Source: Mayamaea pseudoterrestris (Eukaryota). From it: DNA of 64,000 bases. The stretch lies in the NCBI GenBank assembly GCA_027923505.1, contig BROI01000018.1, positions 310,001-374,000 of the forward strand, given 5' to 3'. Under the pieces are notes generated by a model. The model saw only the letters and a list, made by a program, of their open reading frames with translations. It was not told where the DNA came from and made no database searches. The position numbers and the translations under genes are program-made. Each line of letters begins with the position of its first letter. Positions within the stretch are counted from its first letter, which is position 1. This document shows positions 42,341 to 55,000 of this stretch, in pieces.

Positions 42341-43589
42341 GTTTGAAGAGGCCTGCCGCTAGAGGAAAAACAAGAGAATGACAGTTATGAGGCCGTAATT
42401 GCCAATGTCGGCAGTAGGATTAATTGCAGTGTTGAGCCGGAGCGAGGCGCATTATGTAGCATTAAAGGGATTGACTGCGAGTGTGGTCGATTGCAGACTT
42501 GCATGGAGCGAGATGCGTCGAAGCGAGAATACCAAAACGTCATCACGTCTTTTCACTGTCGCTGGATGGCGATGACAACCACCAACGCTTCACAACGCTC
42601 GAGACCATGCAGTCGTCCATTTCTCCGTTTCTACTGTCGTAATCTCTTTTTTACCTTGGCGAGATTAAGGCAGAGAACCAGGAAAGTGCCAATCTGACAG
42701 TGAATTCACAAAAGGTTTCGAAATGGTCCCCTGTCACGCATTGATTGGTTGAGGTCCGACGCGCGACGCGCGACGATGTGTCGCGGAACCATTCGTTTTC
42801 CCTTCAACATCCTTGAACAACATTAGATCTCCAACGAAACTGGTGTTTGACGGTCATTTACAGTGATGGAAAATCATTAGACATTATTCGAGGGTGAGGA
42901 CGATGTGATCGGTTTGATGCATATTCTTCGACCGTTGTTGACCGAGCGACGCCTTACGTCGGCCCGCCGCCATTACATGCACCTACGCATTTATGTAAAC
43001 ACCTGGCATGACGAGGCGAAACGAGCCATCAAACTATCGCATTAGTGTTGCTTGGCCGGATTTAGCGTATCTCAGGCTTTGAACCTCTCTACAAAGGGCT
43101 GTTCGTATCGAAAGATATGTCAATTGACGCTTAACACCAAGGTAGAGAAGTAAGTGAATGTGGCGGGGGATTAAATGATAAAACGACGCTGATGATGACA
43201 ATGTTTCATTCTATCCTGAGGGTCTGAGCTCTCTGTAATGGTGATTATATGAAATCGAGCTTTTTAACACTGATGCGCTTCTTGACTATCGATATCAGTG
43301 TTGATTCATCCGTTTTGACAGATTTGCTCACACCGCGTCATTCGTATTGTCATTTTTGGAGGCTCAAAAGGAATCTCTTGATTGAAAGGAAGACGATGGA
43401 GTATTTCAGAGCTGGGCATCATGCGCAAACAAAATTGCCGGCTGCAAGAAACTTGAGACGCAAGTATAAAGTGAATTAATGTTCGACGGTGCAGAATAAA
43501 AATAACTTTTGAACCCAGTTGCATAAAGCAGCTTGTAATTCTTTTATATTTGATTTTGGGATGCTACTATATGTAGATCCTTATGCATG

Positions 43590-44830
43590 AATGGGAGGGC
43601 AGATGCCCAAGCAGTGACTATCCGTAGCTTCATTGTGCTAAAGGGTGTGGCCTTCAAATCTTGCCACTGTTAGCCTGTTCCCATTAATTCTGCCTGGCTA
43701 CTCTTTAAGACTAGTATGCGGTGAGATTGGTGCATAAAACAATTTCAAGCTCACTTGCAGCATTTGTTGTATGGGAGGAGCCGAACCTCCACACAGTAAC
43801 CAGCTCCATGGTGCTACAGTGTGTGGCCTTTGAAGACTACCCCGATAGTCTCATTCCATGATTTCTGTTCTGGCTATGCTTGGGGACACATATGCGGTGA
43901 GATTGCTGGATAACAATCATTCCCTGCTCATGTGTAGCATCAGTTGCTTGGGAGGGCAAACGTCCACACAGTAACCAGCTCCATGGTGCTACAGTGTGTT
44001 CTTCCAAGACTACCCCCATTAGTTTTGTTCCATGAATTCTGTTCTGGTTATGCTTGGAGACATGTATGTGGTGAGATTGGTGCATAGCAATCTTTCACTG
44101 CTCACATGTAGCATGAAGTGTTTGGGAGGGCAGATGTTTACACAGTAACCAGCTCCATGGTGCTACAGTGTGTGGCCTATAAAGACTACCACCAATAGTC
44201 TTGTTCCATAAATTCTGTTCTGGCTATGCTTTGGGACCAGGTTTGCAATGAGATTGGTGCAGAAAAAGCATTCCCAGATCACATATAGCATCAGTTGTTT
44301 GGGAGGGCAAACCTCCACACAGTGACCAGCTCCACGGTGCTACAGTGTGTAGCCTATAAAGACTGCCCCCAATAGTCTTGTTCCATGAATTCTGTTTTGG
44401 CTATGCTTAAGGACATTTACGCGGTGAGATTGGTGCATAACAATCATTCACACAACATATGTAGCATCAGTTGTTTGGGAGGGCACATGTTTACACAGTA
44501 ACCAGCTCCATGGTGCTACAGTGTATGGCCTTCATAGACTACCCCAATAGTCTTGCTCCATGAATTCTGTTTGGCTATGCTTGGGGACACGTATGCGGTG
44601 AGATTGGTGCATAACAATCATTCACAGCTCACGTGTAGCATCAGTTGTATGGGAGGGCAGACATTCAAAGAGTGATAAGCTCCATGGTGCTAAAGTGCAA
44701 CCTCCAGACACTTCCCCTCATAGTCCTTATCCATTATTTCATAAACAGATATGCTTTCTGACTGGAATGTGGTACAATTGGTGCATAAAACTCATTTCCT
44801 GCAGACTTGTAGCATCGGTTGGATGGGACA
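43590..44830. repeat. Tandem repeat family 1, ~175-bp unit, ~7 diverged copies
   Basis: Anchor cagctccatggtgctacagtg (or variants) at ~43625, 43801, 43976, 44150, 44327, 44503, 44677 (spacing 174-177). Confidence 0.9.
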
Positions 44831-44848
44831 ATTCAGCAAGCAGATGCT

Positions 44849-45690
44849 TTGACATTCAATTGCCCCTATAAAATGCCATGTATACACCCAAATTACACAT
44901 GAATGGTGCCAACATCATCACTGAGGCTGCACAACAAGTTGGTATGCCTGGCTGGTGTCTCAGCAGACTGCACTGTGATTGGTGACAACTTGTCACCAGT
45001 CTCAGCCCACAGATGCCTGGACATTCAAATGCTCATATAACATGCCACATATACACCCCAATCACACAAGAATTGTGTCAACATCATTATATAGTGTGCA
45101 CTACAAGATGGAATGCTTGGCTGGTGTCTCAGTAGACTGCAATGTGACTGGTGAGAACTTCTCACCAGTCTCAGCCCATAGATGCCATGACATTCAATTG
45201 CCCATATAACTTGCCATGCATACAACCAAACCAACCAGAATGGTGCCAACATCATTATTCAGTGATCACTACAAGATGGTATGCCTGGCTGGTGTCTCGG
45301 TAGACTGCAATGTGACTGGTGAGAACTTCTCACCAGTCTCAGCCTTGACATTCAATTGCCCATATAACATGCCATGTATACACCCAAATCACACCAGAAT
45401 GGTGCCAACATCATTATTTAGGTTGCGCTACAAGATGGTATGACTGGCTGGTGTCTCAGTAGACTGCAATGTGATTGGTGAGAAGTTGTCACCAGTCTCA
45501 GCCCACTGTTGCCGTGACATTTACTTGCTCATAAAACATGCCATGTATACACCCACATCACACCAGAATGATGCCAACATCATTATTCAGGTTACGCTAC
45601 ATGATGGTATGCCTGGCTGGTGACTCAGTAGACTGTGATGTGACTGGTGAGAACTTCTCACCAGTCTCAGCCCACAGATGCCGTGACATT
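44849..45690. repeat. Tandem repeat family 2, 169-bp unit, ~5 copies, each with a palindrome
   Basis: Anchor gacatt at 44851, 45020, 45189, 45347, 45516, 45685 (spacing 169,169,158,169,169). Confidence 0.9.
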
Positions 45691-46058
45691 TTGGGTGCAA
45701 TGATCAACACATTTGCCCATCATGACACCTAACATGAAATGAAATGGATTGGTGGGCTCCACGGGCAACACTGATGATTCCTGTAGCAAGCCAAAAAGGG
45801 TGCACTGCTGGCACATTCAACAATTTATTAAAAATGTACGGATGCTCATGGCAAAGGAATGGGTTCCACACCCAAAGTAACATGTCTTTGCATCTTAATC
45901 CATTATAAAACATAAGGTTTTTTGTATTCCAGAATTGGCAGGCCATTCTGGCAGTCTAAAGTGCCACTTGAGGTGCACCGCGGGAGATCTTGCCCACACC
46001 AGGCAGACAGGCTGGTGGATATCAAGTGATGCATTGGCTCAAAATATCACAGAGGAAT

Positions 46059-49000
46059 GGGATTTATGTGATGATCCAACCTTGCTAGCATGATTCTGAG
46101 CATGCCATGGCAATCAGGATAAGATGTTTGACAAAGTCAAAGGTTGAGATGTTCCACTGTCGCCGTCAGTTGGTGGTTATTTGTAATATAGCAAGTAGGT
46201 TCCTCCAAGTCAAAGTTTCAGATGGGATTTGTATAGTGATGAACTGGATGCAACCAGGTGAGAAGTGCTTGACAAGGTCCAAGGCTTGGAACTTTGAAAA
46301 CAGCAGCTATTCTGGCAGTGGCTGTGGTGTGACTGAGACTGAAACAAGTAGGGTGTTCCATGTGCCAAACACAGCAAAGTTTCAGTTGGGATTTATGTGA
46401 TGATCCAACCTTGCTAGCATGATTCTGAGCATGCCATGGCAATCAGGATAAGATGTTTGACAAAGTCAAAGGTTGAGATGTTCCAATTTGGAAGCCAGTC
46501 AGCCAGTGGTCAAGCGTGAATATAGCAAGTAGGTTCCTACAAGTGGTTCCACCACATCAAAGTTTCAGATGGGATTTGTATAGTGATGCAACCTGGCCAG
46601 CAAGATTCTGAACCTGCTACTGCAGTCCACAGAAGGTGCTTGACAAGGTCCAAGGCTTGGAACTTTGAAAACAGCAGCTATTCTGGCAGTGGCTGTGGTG
46701 TGACTGAGACTGAAACAAGGAGGGTGCTCCATGTGCCAAACACAGCAAAGTTTCAGTTGGGATTTATGTGATGATCCAACCTTGCTAGCATGATTCTGAG
46801 CATGCCATGGCAATCAGGATAAGATGTTTGACAAAGTCAAAGGTTGAGATGTTCCAATTTGGAAGCCAGTCAGCCAGTGGTCAAGCATGAATATAGCAAG
46901 TAGGTTTCTCCAAGTGGTTCCACCACATCAAAGTTTCAGATGGGATTTGTATAGTGATGCAACCTGGCCAGCAAGATTCTGAACCTGCTACTGCAATCCG
47001 CAGAAGGTGCTTGACAAGGTTGAAGGCTTGGAACTTTGAAAACAGCAGCTATTCTGGCAGTGGCTGTGGTGTGACTGAGACTGAAACAAGGAGGGTGCTC
47101 CATGTGCCAAACACAGCAAAGTTTCAGTTGGGATTTATGTGATGATCCAACCTTGCTAGCATGATTCTGAGCATGCCATGGCAATCAGGATAAGATGTTT
47201 GACAAAGTCAAAGGTTGAGATGTTTCAATTTGGAAGCCAGTCAGCCAGTGGTCAAGCGTGAATATAGCAAGTAGGTTCCTCCAAGTGGTTCCACCACATC
47301 AAAGTTTCAGATGGGATTTGTATAGTGATGCAACCTGGCCAGCAAGATTCTGAACCTGCTACTGCAATCCGCAGAAGGTGCTTGACAAGGTCCAAGGCTT
47401 GGAACTTTGAAAACAGCAGCTATTCTGGCAGTGGCTGTGGTGTGACTGAGACTGAAACAAGGAGGGTGTTTCAAGTTTCAAACACAGCAAAGTTTCAGTT
47501 GGGATTTATGTGATGATCCAACAGGATAAGATGTTTGACAAAGTCAAAGGTTGAGATGTTCCAATTTGGAAGCCAGTTAAACAGGGGTCAAGCGTGAATA
47601 CAGCAAGTAGGTTCCTCCAAGTGGTTCACCACATCAAAGTTTCAGATGGGATTTGTATAGTGATGCAACCTGGCTAGCGAGAATCTGAAACCTGCTACTG
47701 CAATCCCCGGAAGGTGCTTAACAAGGTCCAAGGCTTGGAACTTTGAAAACAGCAGCTATTCTGGCAGTGGCTGTGGTGTGACTGAGACTGAAACAAGTAG
47801 GGTGTTCCATGTGCCAAACACAGCAAAGTTTCAGTTGGGATTTATGTGATGATCCAACCTTGCTAGCATGATTCTGAGCATGCCATGGCAATCAGGATAA
47901 GATGTTTGACAAAGTCAAATGTTGAGATGTTCCAATTTGGAAGCCAGTCAGCCAGTGGTCAAGCGTGAATATAGCAAGTAGGTTCCTCCAAGTGGTTCCA
48001 CCACATGAAAGTTTCAGATGGACTTTGTATAGTGATGCAACCTGGCCAGCAAGATTCTGAACCTGCTACTGCATTCCCCAGAAGGTGCTTAACAAGGTTG
48101 AAGGCTTGGAACTTTGAAAACAGCAGCTATTCTGGCAGTGGCTGTGGTGTGACTGAGACTGAAACAAGTAGGGTGTTCCATGTGCCAAACACAGCAAAGT
48201 TTCAGTTGGGATTTATGTGATGATCCAACCTTGCTAGCATGATTCTGAGCATGCCATGGCAATCAGGATAAGATGTTTGACAAAGTCAAAGGTTGAGATG
48301 TTCCAATTTGGAAGCCAGTCAGCCAGTGGTCAAGCATGAATATAGCAGGTAGGTTTCTCCAAGTGGTTCCACCACATCAAAGTTTCAGATGGGATTTGTA
48401 TAGTGATGCAACCTGGCCAGCAAGATTCTGAACCTGCTACTGCAGTCCACAGAAGGTGCTTCACAAGGTCCAAGGCTTGGAACTTTGAAAACAGCAGCTA
48501 TTCTGGCAGTGGCTGTGGTGTGACTGAGACTGAAACAAGTAGGGTGTTCCATGTGCCAAACACAGCAAAGTTTCAGTTGGGATTTATGTGATGATCCAAC
48601 CTTGCTAGCATGATTCTGAGCATGCCATGGCAATCAGGATAAGATGTTTGACAAAGTCAAAGGTTGAGATGTTCCAATTTGGAAGCCAGTCAGCCAGTGG
48701 CGTCATGCATGAATATAGCAGAGTTTCCAAGTCCGGTTCACATCAAAGTTTCAGATGGGATTTGTATAGTGATGCAACCTGGCCAGCAAGATTCTGAACC
48801 TGCTACTTCAGTCCACAGAAGGTGCTTGACAAGGTTGAAGGCTTGGAACTTTGAAAACAGCAGCTATTCTGGCAGTGGCTGTGGTGTGACTGAGACTGAA
48901 ACAAGTAGGGTGTTCCATGTGCCAAACACAGCAAAGTTTCAGTTGGGATTTATGTGATGATCCAACCTTGCTAGCATGATTCTGAGCATGCCATGGCAAT

Positions 49001-52000
49001 CAGGATAAGATGTTTGACAAAGTCAAAGGTTGAGATGTTCCAATTTTGAAGCCAGTCAGTCGGTGGTTATGCGTGAATATAGCAAGTAGGTTTCTCCAAG
49101 TGGTTCCACCACATCAAAGTTTCAGATGGGATTTGTATAGTGATGCAACCTGGCCAGCAAGAATCTGAACCTGCTACTGCAATCCGCAGAAGGTGCTTGA
49201 CAAGGTTGAAGGCTTGGAACTTTGAAAACAGCAGCTATTCTGGCAGTGGCTGTGGTGTGACTGAGACTGAAACAAGTAGGGTGTTCCATGTGCCAAACAC
49301 AGCAAAGTTTCAGTTGGGATTTATGTGATGATCCAACCTTGCTAGCATGATTCTGAGCATGCCATGGCAATCAGGATAAGATGTTTGACAAAGTCAAAGG
49401 TTGAGATGTTCCCATTTGGAAGCCAGTCAGACAATGGTCAAGCGTGAATATAGCAAGTAGGTTTCTCCAAGTGGTTCCACCACATAAAAAATTCAGATGG
49501 GATTTGTATAGTGATGCAACCTGGCCAGCAAGAATCTGAACCTGCTACTGCAATCCGCAGAGGGTGCTTCACAAGGTTGAAGGCTTGGAACTTTGAAAAC
49601 AGCAGCTATTCTGGCAGTGGCTGTGGTGTGACTGAGACTGAAGTAGGTTCCTCCAAGTGGTTCACCACATCAAAGTTTCAGATGGGATTTGTATAGTGAT
49701 GCAACCTGGCTAGCGAGAATCTGAAACCTGCTACTGCAATCCCCGGAAGGTGCTTAACAAGGTCCAAGGCTTGGAACTTTGAAAACAGCAGCTATTCTGG
49801 CAGTGGCTGTGGTGTGACTGAGACTGAAACAAGTAGGGTGTTCCATGTGCCAAACACAGCAAAGTTTCAGTTGGGATTTATGTGATGATCCAACCTTGCT
49901 AGCATGATTCTGAGCATGCCATGGCAATCAGGATAAGATGTTTGACAAAGTCAAATGTTGAGATGTTCCAATTTGGAAGCCAGTCAGCCAGTGGTCAAGC
50001 GTGAATATAGCAAGTAGGTTCCTCCAAGTGGTTCCACCACATGAAAGTTTCAGATGGACTTTGTATAGTGATGCAACCTGGCCAGCAAGATTCTGAACCT
50101 GCTACTGCATTCCCCAGAAGGTGCTTAACAAGGTTGAAGGCTTGGAACTTTGAAAACAGCAGCTATTCTGGCAGTGGCTGTGGTGTGACTGAGACTGAAA
50201 CAAGTAGGGTGTTCCATGTGCCAAACACAGCAAAGTTTCAGTTGGGATTTATGTGATGATCCAACCTTGCTAGCATGATTCTGAGCATGCCATGGCAATC
50301 AGGATAAGATGTTTGACAAAGTCAAAGGTTGAGATGTTCCAATTTGGAAGCCAGTCAGCCAGTGGTCAAGCATGAATATAGCAGGTAGGTTTCTCCAAGT
50401 GGTTCCACCACATCAAAGTTTCAGATGGGATTTGTATAGTGATGCAACCTGGCCAGCAAGATTCTGAACCTGCTACTGCAGTCCACAGAAGGTGCTTCAC
50501 AAGGTCCAAGGCTTGGAACTTTGAAAACAGCAGCTATTCTGGCAGTGGCTGTGGTGTGACTGAGACTGAAACAAGTAGGGTGTTCCATGTGCCAAACACA
50601 GCAAAGTTTCAGTTGGGATTTATGTGATGATCCAACCTTGCTAGCATGATTCTGAGCATGCCATGGCAATCAGGATAAGATGTTTGACAAAGTCAAAGGT
50701 TGAGATGTTCCAATTTGGAAGCCAGTCAGCCAGTGGCGTCATGCATGAATATAGCAGAGTTTCCAAGTCCGGTTCCCATCAAAGTTTCAGATGGGATTTG
50801 TATAGTGATGCAACCTGGCCAGCAAGATTCTGAACCTGCTACTTCAGTCCACAGAAGGTGCTTGACAAGGTTGAAGGCTTGGAACTTTGAAAACAGCAGC
50901 TATTCTGGCAGTGGCTGTGGTGTGACTGAGACTGAAACAAGTAGGGTGTTCCATGTGCCAAACACAGCAAAGTTTCAGTTGGGATTTATGTGATGATCCA
51001 ACCTTGCTAGCATGATTCTGAGCATGCCATGGCAATCAGGATAAGATGTTTGACAAAGTCAAAGGTTGAGATGTTCCAATTTTGAAGCCAGTCAGTCGGT
51101 GGTTATGCGTGAATATAGCAAGTAGGTTTCTCCAAGTGGTTCCACCACATCAAAGTTTCAGATGGGATTTGTATAGTGATGCAACCTGGCCAGCAAGAAT
51201 CTGAACCTGCTACTGCAATCCGCAGAAGGTGCTTGACAAGGTTGAAGGCTTGGAACTTTGAAAACAGCAGCTATTCTGGCAGTGGCTGTGGTGTGACTGA
51301 GACTGAAACAAGTAGGGTGTTCCATGTGCCAAACACAGCAAAGTTTCAGTTGGGATTTATGTGATGATCCAACCTTGCTAGCATGATTCTGAGCATGCCA
51401 TGGCAATCAGGATAAGATGTTTGACAAAGTCAAAGGTTGAGATGTTCCCATTTGGAAGCCAGTCAGACAATGGTCAAGCGTGAATATAGCAAGTAGGTTT
51501 CTCCAAGTGGTTCCACCACATAAAAAATTCAGATGGGATTTGTATAGTGATGCAACCTGGCCAGCAAGAATCTGAACCTGCTACTGCAATCCGCAGAGGG
51601 TGCTTCACAAGGTTGAAGGCTTGGAACTTTGAAAACAGCAGCTATTCTGGCAGTGGCTGTGGTGTGACTGAGACTGAATCAAGTAGGGTGCTCCATGTGC
51701 CAAACACAGCAAAGTTTCAGTTGGGATTTATGTGATGATCCAACCTTGCTCGCATGATTCTGAGCATGCCATGGCAATCAGGATAAGATGTTTGACAAAG
51801 TCAAAGGGTGAGATGTTCCAATTTGGAAGCCAGTCAGTCGGTGGTTATGCGTGAATATAGCAAGTAGGTTCCTACAAGTGGTTCCACCACATAAAAAATT
51901 CAGATGGGATTTGTATAGTGATGCAACCTGGCCAGCAAGAATCTGAACCTGCTACTGCAATCCGCAGAAGGTGCTTCACAAGGTTGAAGGCTTGGAACTT

Positions 52001-55000
52001 TGAAAACAGCAGCTATTCTGGCAGTGGCTGTGGTGTGAATGCGACTGAATCAAGTAGGGTGTTCCATGTGCCAAACACAGCAAAGTTTCAGTTGGGATTT
52101 ATGTGATGATCCAACCTTGCTAGCATGATTCTGAGCATGCCATGGCAATCAGGATAAGATGTTTGACAAAGTCAAATGTTGAGATGTTCCAATTTGGAAG
52201 CCAGTCAGCCAGTGGTCAAGCGTGAATATAGCAAGTAGGTTCCTACAAGTGGTTCCACCACATCAAAGTTTCAGATGGGATTTGTATAGTGATGCAACCT
52301 GGCCAGCAGGAATCTGAACCTGCTACTGCAATCCGCAGAAGGTGCTTGACAAGGTTGAAGGCTTGGAACTTTGAAAACAGCAGCTATTCTGGCAGTGGCT
52401 GTGGTGTGACTGAGACTGAAACTAGGAGGGTGCTCCATGTGCCAAACACAGCAAAGTTTCAGTTGGGATTTATTTGATGATCCAACCTTGCTAGCATGAT
52501 TCTGAGCATGCCATGGCAATCAGGATAAGATGTTTGACAAAGTCAAATGTTGAGATGTTCCAATTTGGAAGCCAGTCAGCCAGTGGTCAAGCGTGAATAT
52601 AGCAAGTAGGTTCCTCCAAGTGGTTCCACCACATCAAAGTTTCAGATGGGATTTGTATAGTGATGCAACCTGGCCAGCAAGATTCTGAACCTGCTACTGC
52701 AGTCCACAGAAGGTGCTTCACAAGGTTGAAGGCTTGGAACTTTGAAAACAGCAGCTATTCTGGCAGTGGCTGTGGTGTGACTGAGACTGAAACAAGTAGG
52801 GTGCTCCATGTGCCAAACACAGCAAAGTTTCAGTTGGGATTTATTTGATGATCCAACCTTGCTAGCATGATTCTGAGCATGCCATGGCAATTAGGATAAG
52901 ATGTTTGACAAAGTCAAATGTTGAGATGTTTCAATTTGGAAGCCAGTCAGCCAGTGGTCAAGCGTGAATATAGCAAGTAGGTTCCTCCAAGTGGTTCCAC
53001 CACATCAAAGTTTCAGATGGGATTTGTATAGTGATGCAACCTGGCCAGCAAGATTCTGAACCTGCTACTGCAATCCGCAGAAGGTGCTTGACAAGGTCCA
53101 AGGCTTGGAACTTTGAAAACAGCAGCTATTCTGGCAGTGGCTGTGGTGTGACTGAGACTGAAACAAGTAGGGTGTTCCATGTGCCAAACACAGCAAAGTT
53201 TCAGTTGGGATTTATGTGATGATCCAACCTTGCTAGCATGATTCTGAGCATGCCATGGCAATCAGGATAAGATGTTTGACAAAGTCAAAGGTTGAGATGT
53301 TCCAATTTGGAAGCCAGTCAGCCAGTGGTCAAGCATGAATATAGCAGGTAGGTTTCTCCAAGTGGTTCCACCACATCAAAGTTTCAGATGGGATTTGTAT
53401 AGTGATGCAACCTGGCCAGCAAGAATCTGAACCTGCTACTGCAATCCGCAGAAGGTGCTTCACAAGGTCCAAGGCTTGGAACTTTGAAAACAGCAGCTAT
53501 TCTGGCAGTGGCTGTGGTGTGACTGAGACTGAAACAAGGAGGGTGCTCCATGTGCCAAACACAGCAAAGTTTCAGTTGGGATTTATGTGATGATCCAACC
53601 TTGCTAGCATGATTCTGAGCATGCCATGGCAATCAGGATAAGATGTTTGACAAAGTCAAAGGTTGAGATGTTCCAATTTTGAAGCCAGTCAGTCGGTGGT
53701 TATGCGTGAATATAGCAAGTAGGTTTCTCCAAGTGGTTCCACCACATCAAAGTTTCAGATGGGATTTGTATAGTGATGCAACCTGGCCAGCAAGAATCTG
53801 AACCTGCTACTGCAATCCGCAGAAGGTGCTTCACAAGGTTGAAGGCTTGGAACTTTGAAAACAGCAGCTATTCTGGCAGTGGCTGTGGTGTGAATGCGAC
53901 TGATTCAAGTAGGGTGTTCCATGTGCCAAACACAGCAAAGTTTCAGTTGGGATTTATGTGATGATCCAACCTTGCTAGCATGATTCTGAGCATGCCATGG
54001 CAATCAGGATAAGATGTTTGACAAAGTCAAATGTTGAGATGTTCCAATTTGGAAGCCAGTCAGTAGGTGGTCATGCGTGAATATAGCAAGTAGGTTCCTC
54101 CAAGTGGTTCCACCACATCAAAGTTTCAGATGGACTTTGTATAGTGATGCAACCTGGCCAGCAAGATTCTGAACCTGCTACTGCAATCCGCAGAAGGTGC
54201 TTGACAAGGTTGAAGGCTTGGAACTTTGAAAACAGCAGCTATTCTGGCAGTGGCTGTGGTGTGACTGAGACTGAAACAAGGAGGGTGCTCCATGTGCCAA
54301 ACACAGCAAAGTTTCAGTTGGGATTTATGTGATGATCCAACCTTGCTAGCATGATTCTGAGCATGCCATGGCAATCAGGATAAGATGTTTGACAAAGTCA
54401 AAGGTTGAGATGTTCCAATTTGGAAGCCAGTCAGTTGGTGGTTATGCGTGAATATAGCAAGTAGGTTCCTACAAGTGGTTCCACCACATCAAAGTTTCAG
54501 ATGGGATTTGTATAGTGATGCAACCTGGCCAGCAAGATTCTGAACCTGCTACTGCAGTCCACAGAAGGTGCTTGACAAGGTCCAAGGCTTGGAACTTTGA
54601 AAACAGCAGCTATTCTGGCAGTGGCTGTGGTGTGACTGAGACTGAAACAAGTAGGGTGCTCCATGTGCCAAACACAGCAAAGTTTCAGTTGGGATTTATG
54701 TGATGATCCAACCTTGCTAGCATGATTCTGAGCATGCCATGGCAATCAGGATAAGATGTTTGACAAAGTCAAAGGTTGAGATGTTCCAATTTGGAAGCCA
54801 GTCAGCCAGTGGTTATGCGTGAATATAGCAAGTAGGTTCCTCCAAGTGGTTCCACCACATCAAAGTTTCAGATGGGATTTGTATAGTGATGCAACCTGGC
54901 CAGCAAGATTCTGAACCTGCTACTGCAGTCCCCAGAAGGTTCAGTTGGATTTATGTGATGATCCAACCCATAGCATGCTTCTGGAGCATGCCACGGAATA

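Noticed and set aside
42700..43590. Possible decayed transposon or pseudogene between the last gene and the repeats
   Set aside because: Only short broken frames; no terminal repeats, target-site duplication or transposase motif that I can support.
44849..45690. CRISPR-like array (palindromic repeat at regular spacing)
   Set aside because: The sequence between palindromes is itself repeated rather than unique spacers, the period is 169 bp, the context is eukaryotic and there are no cas genes.
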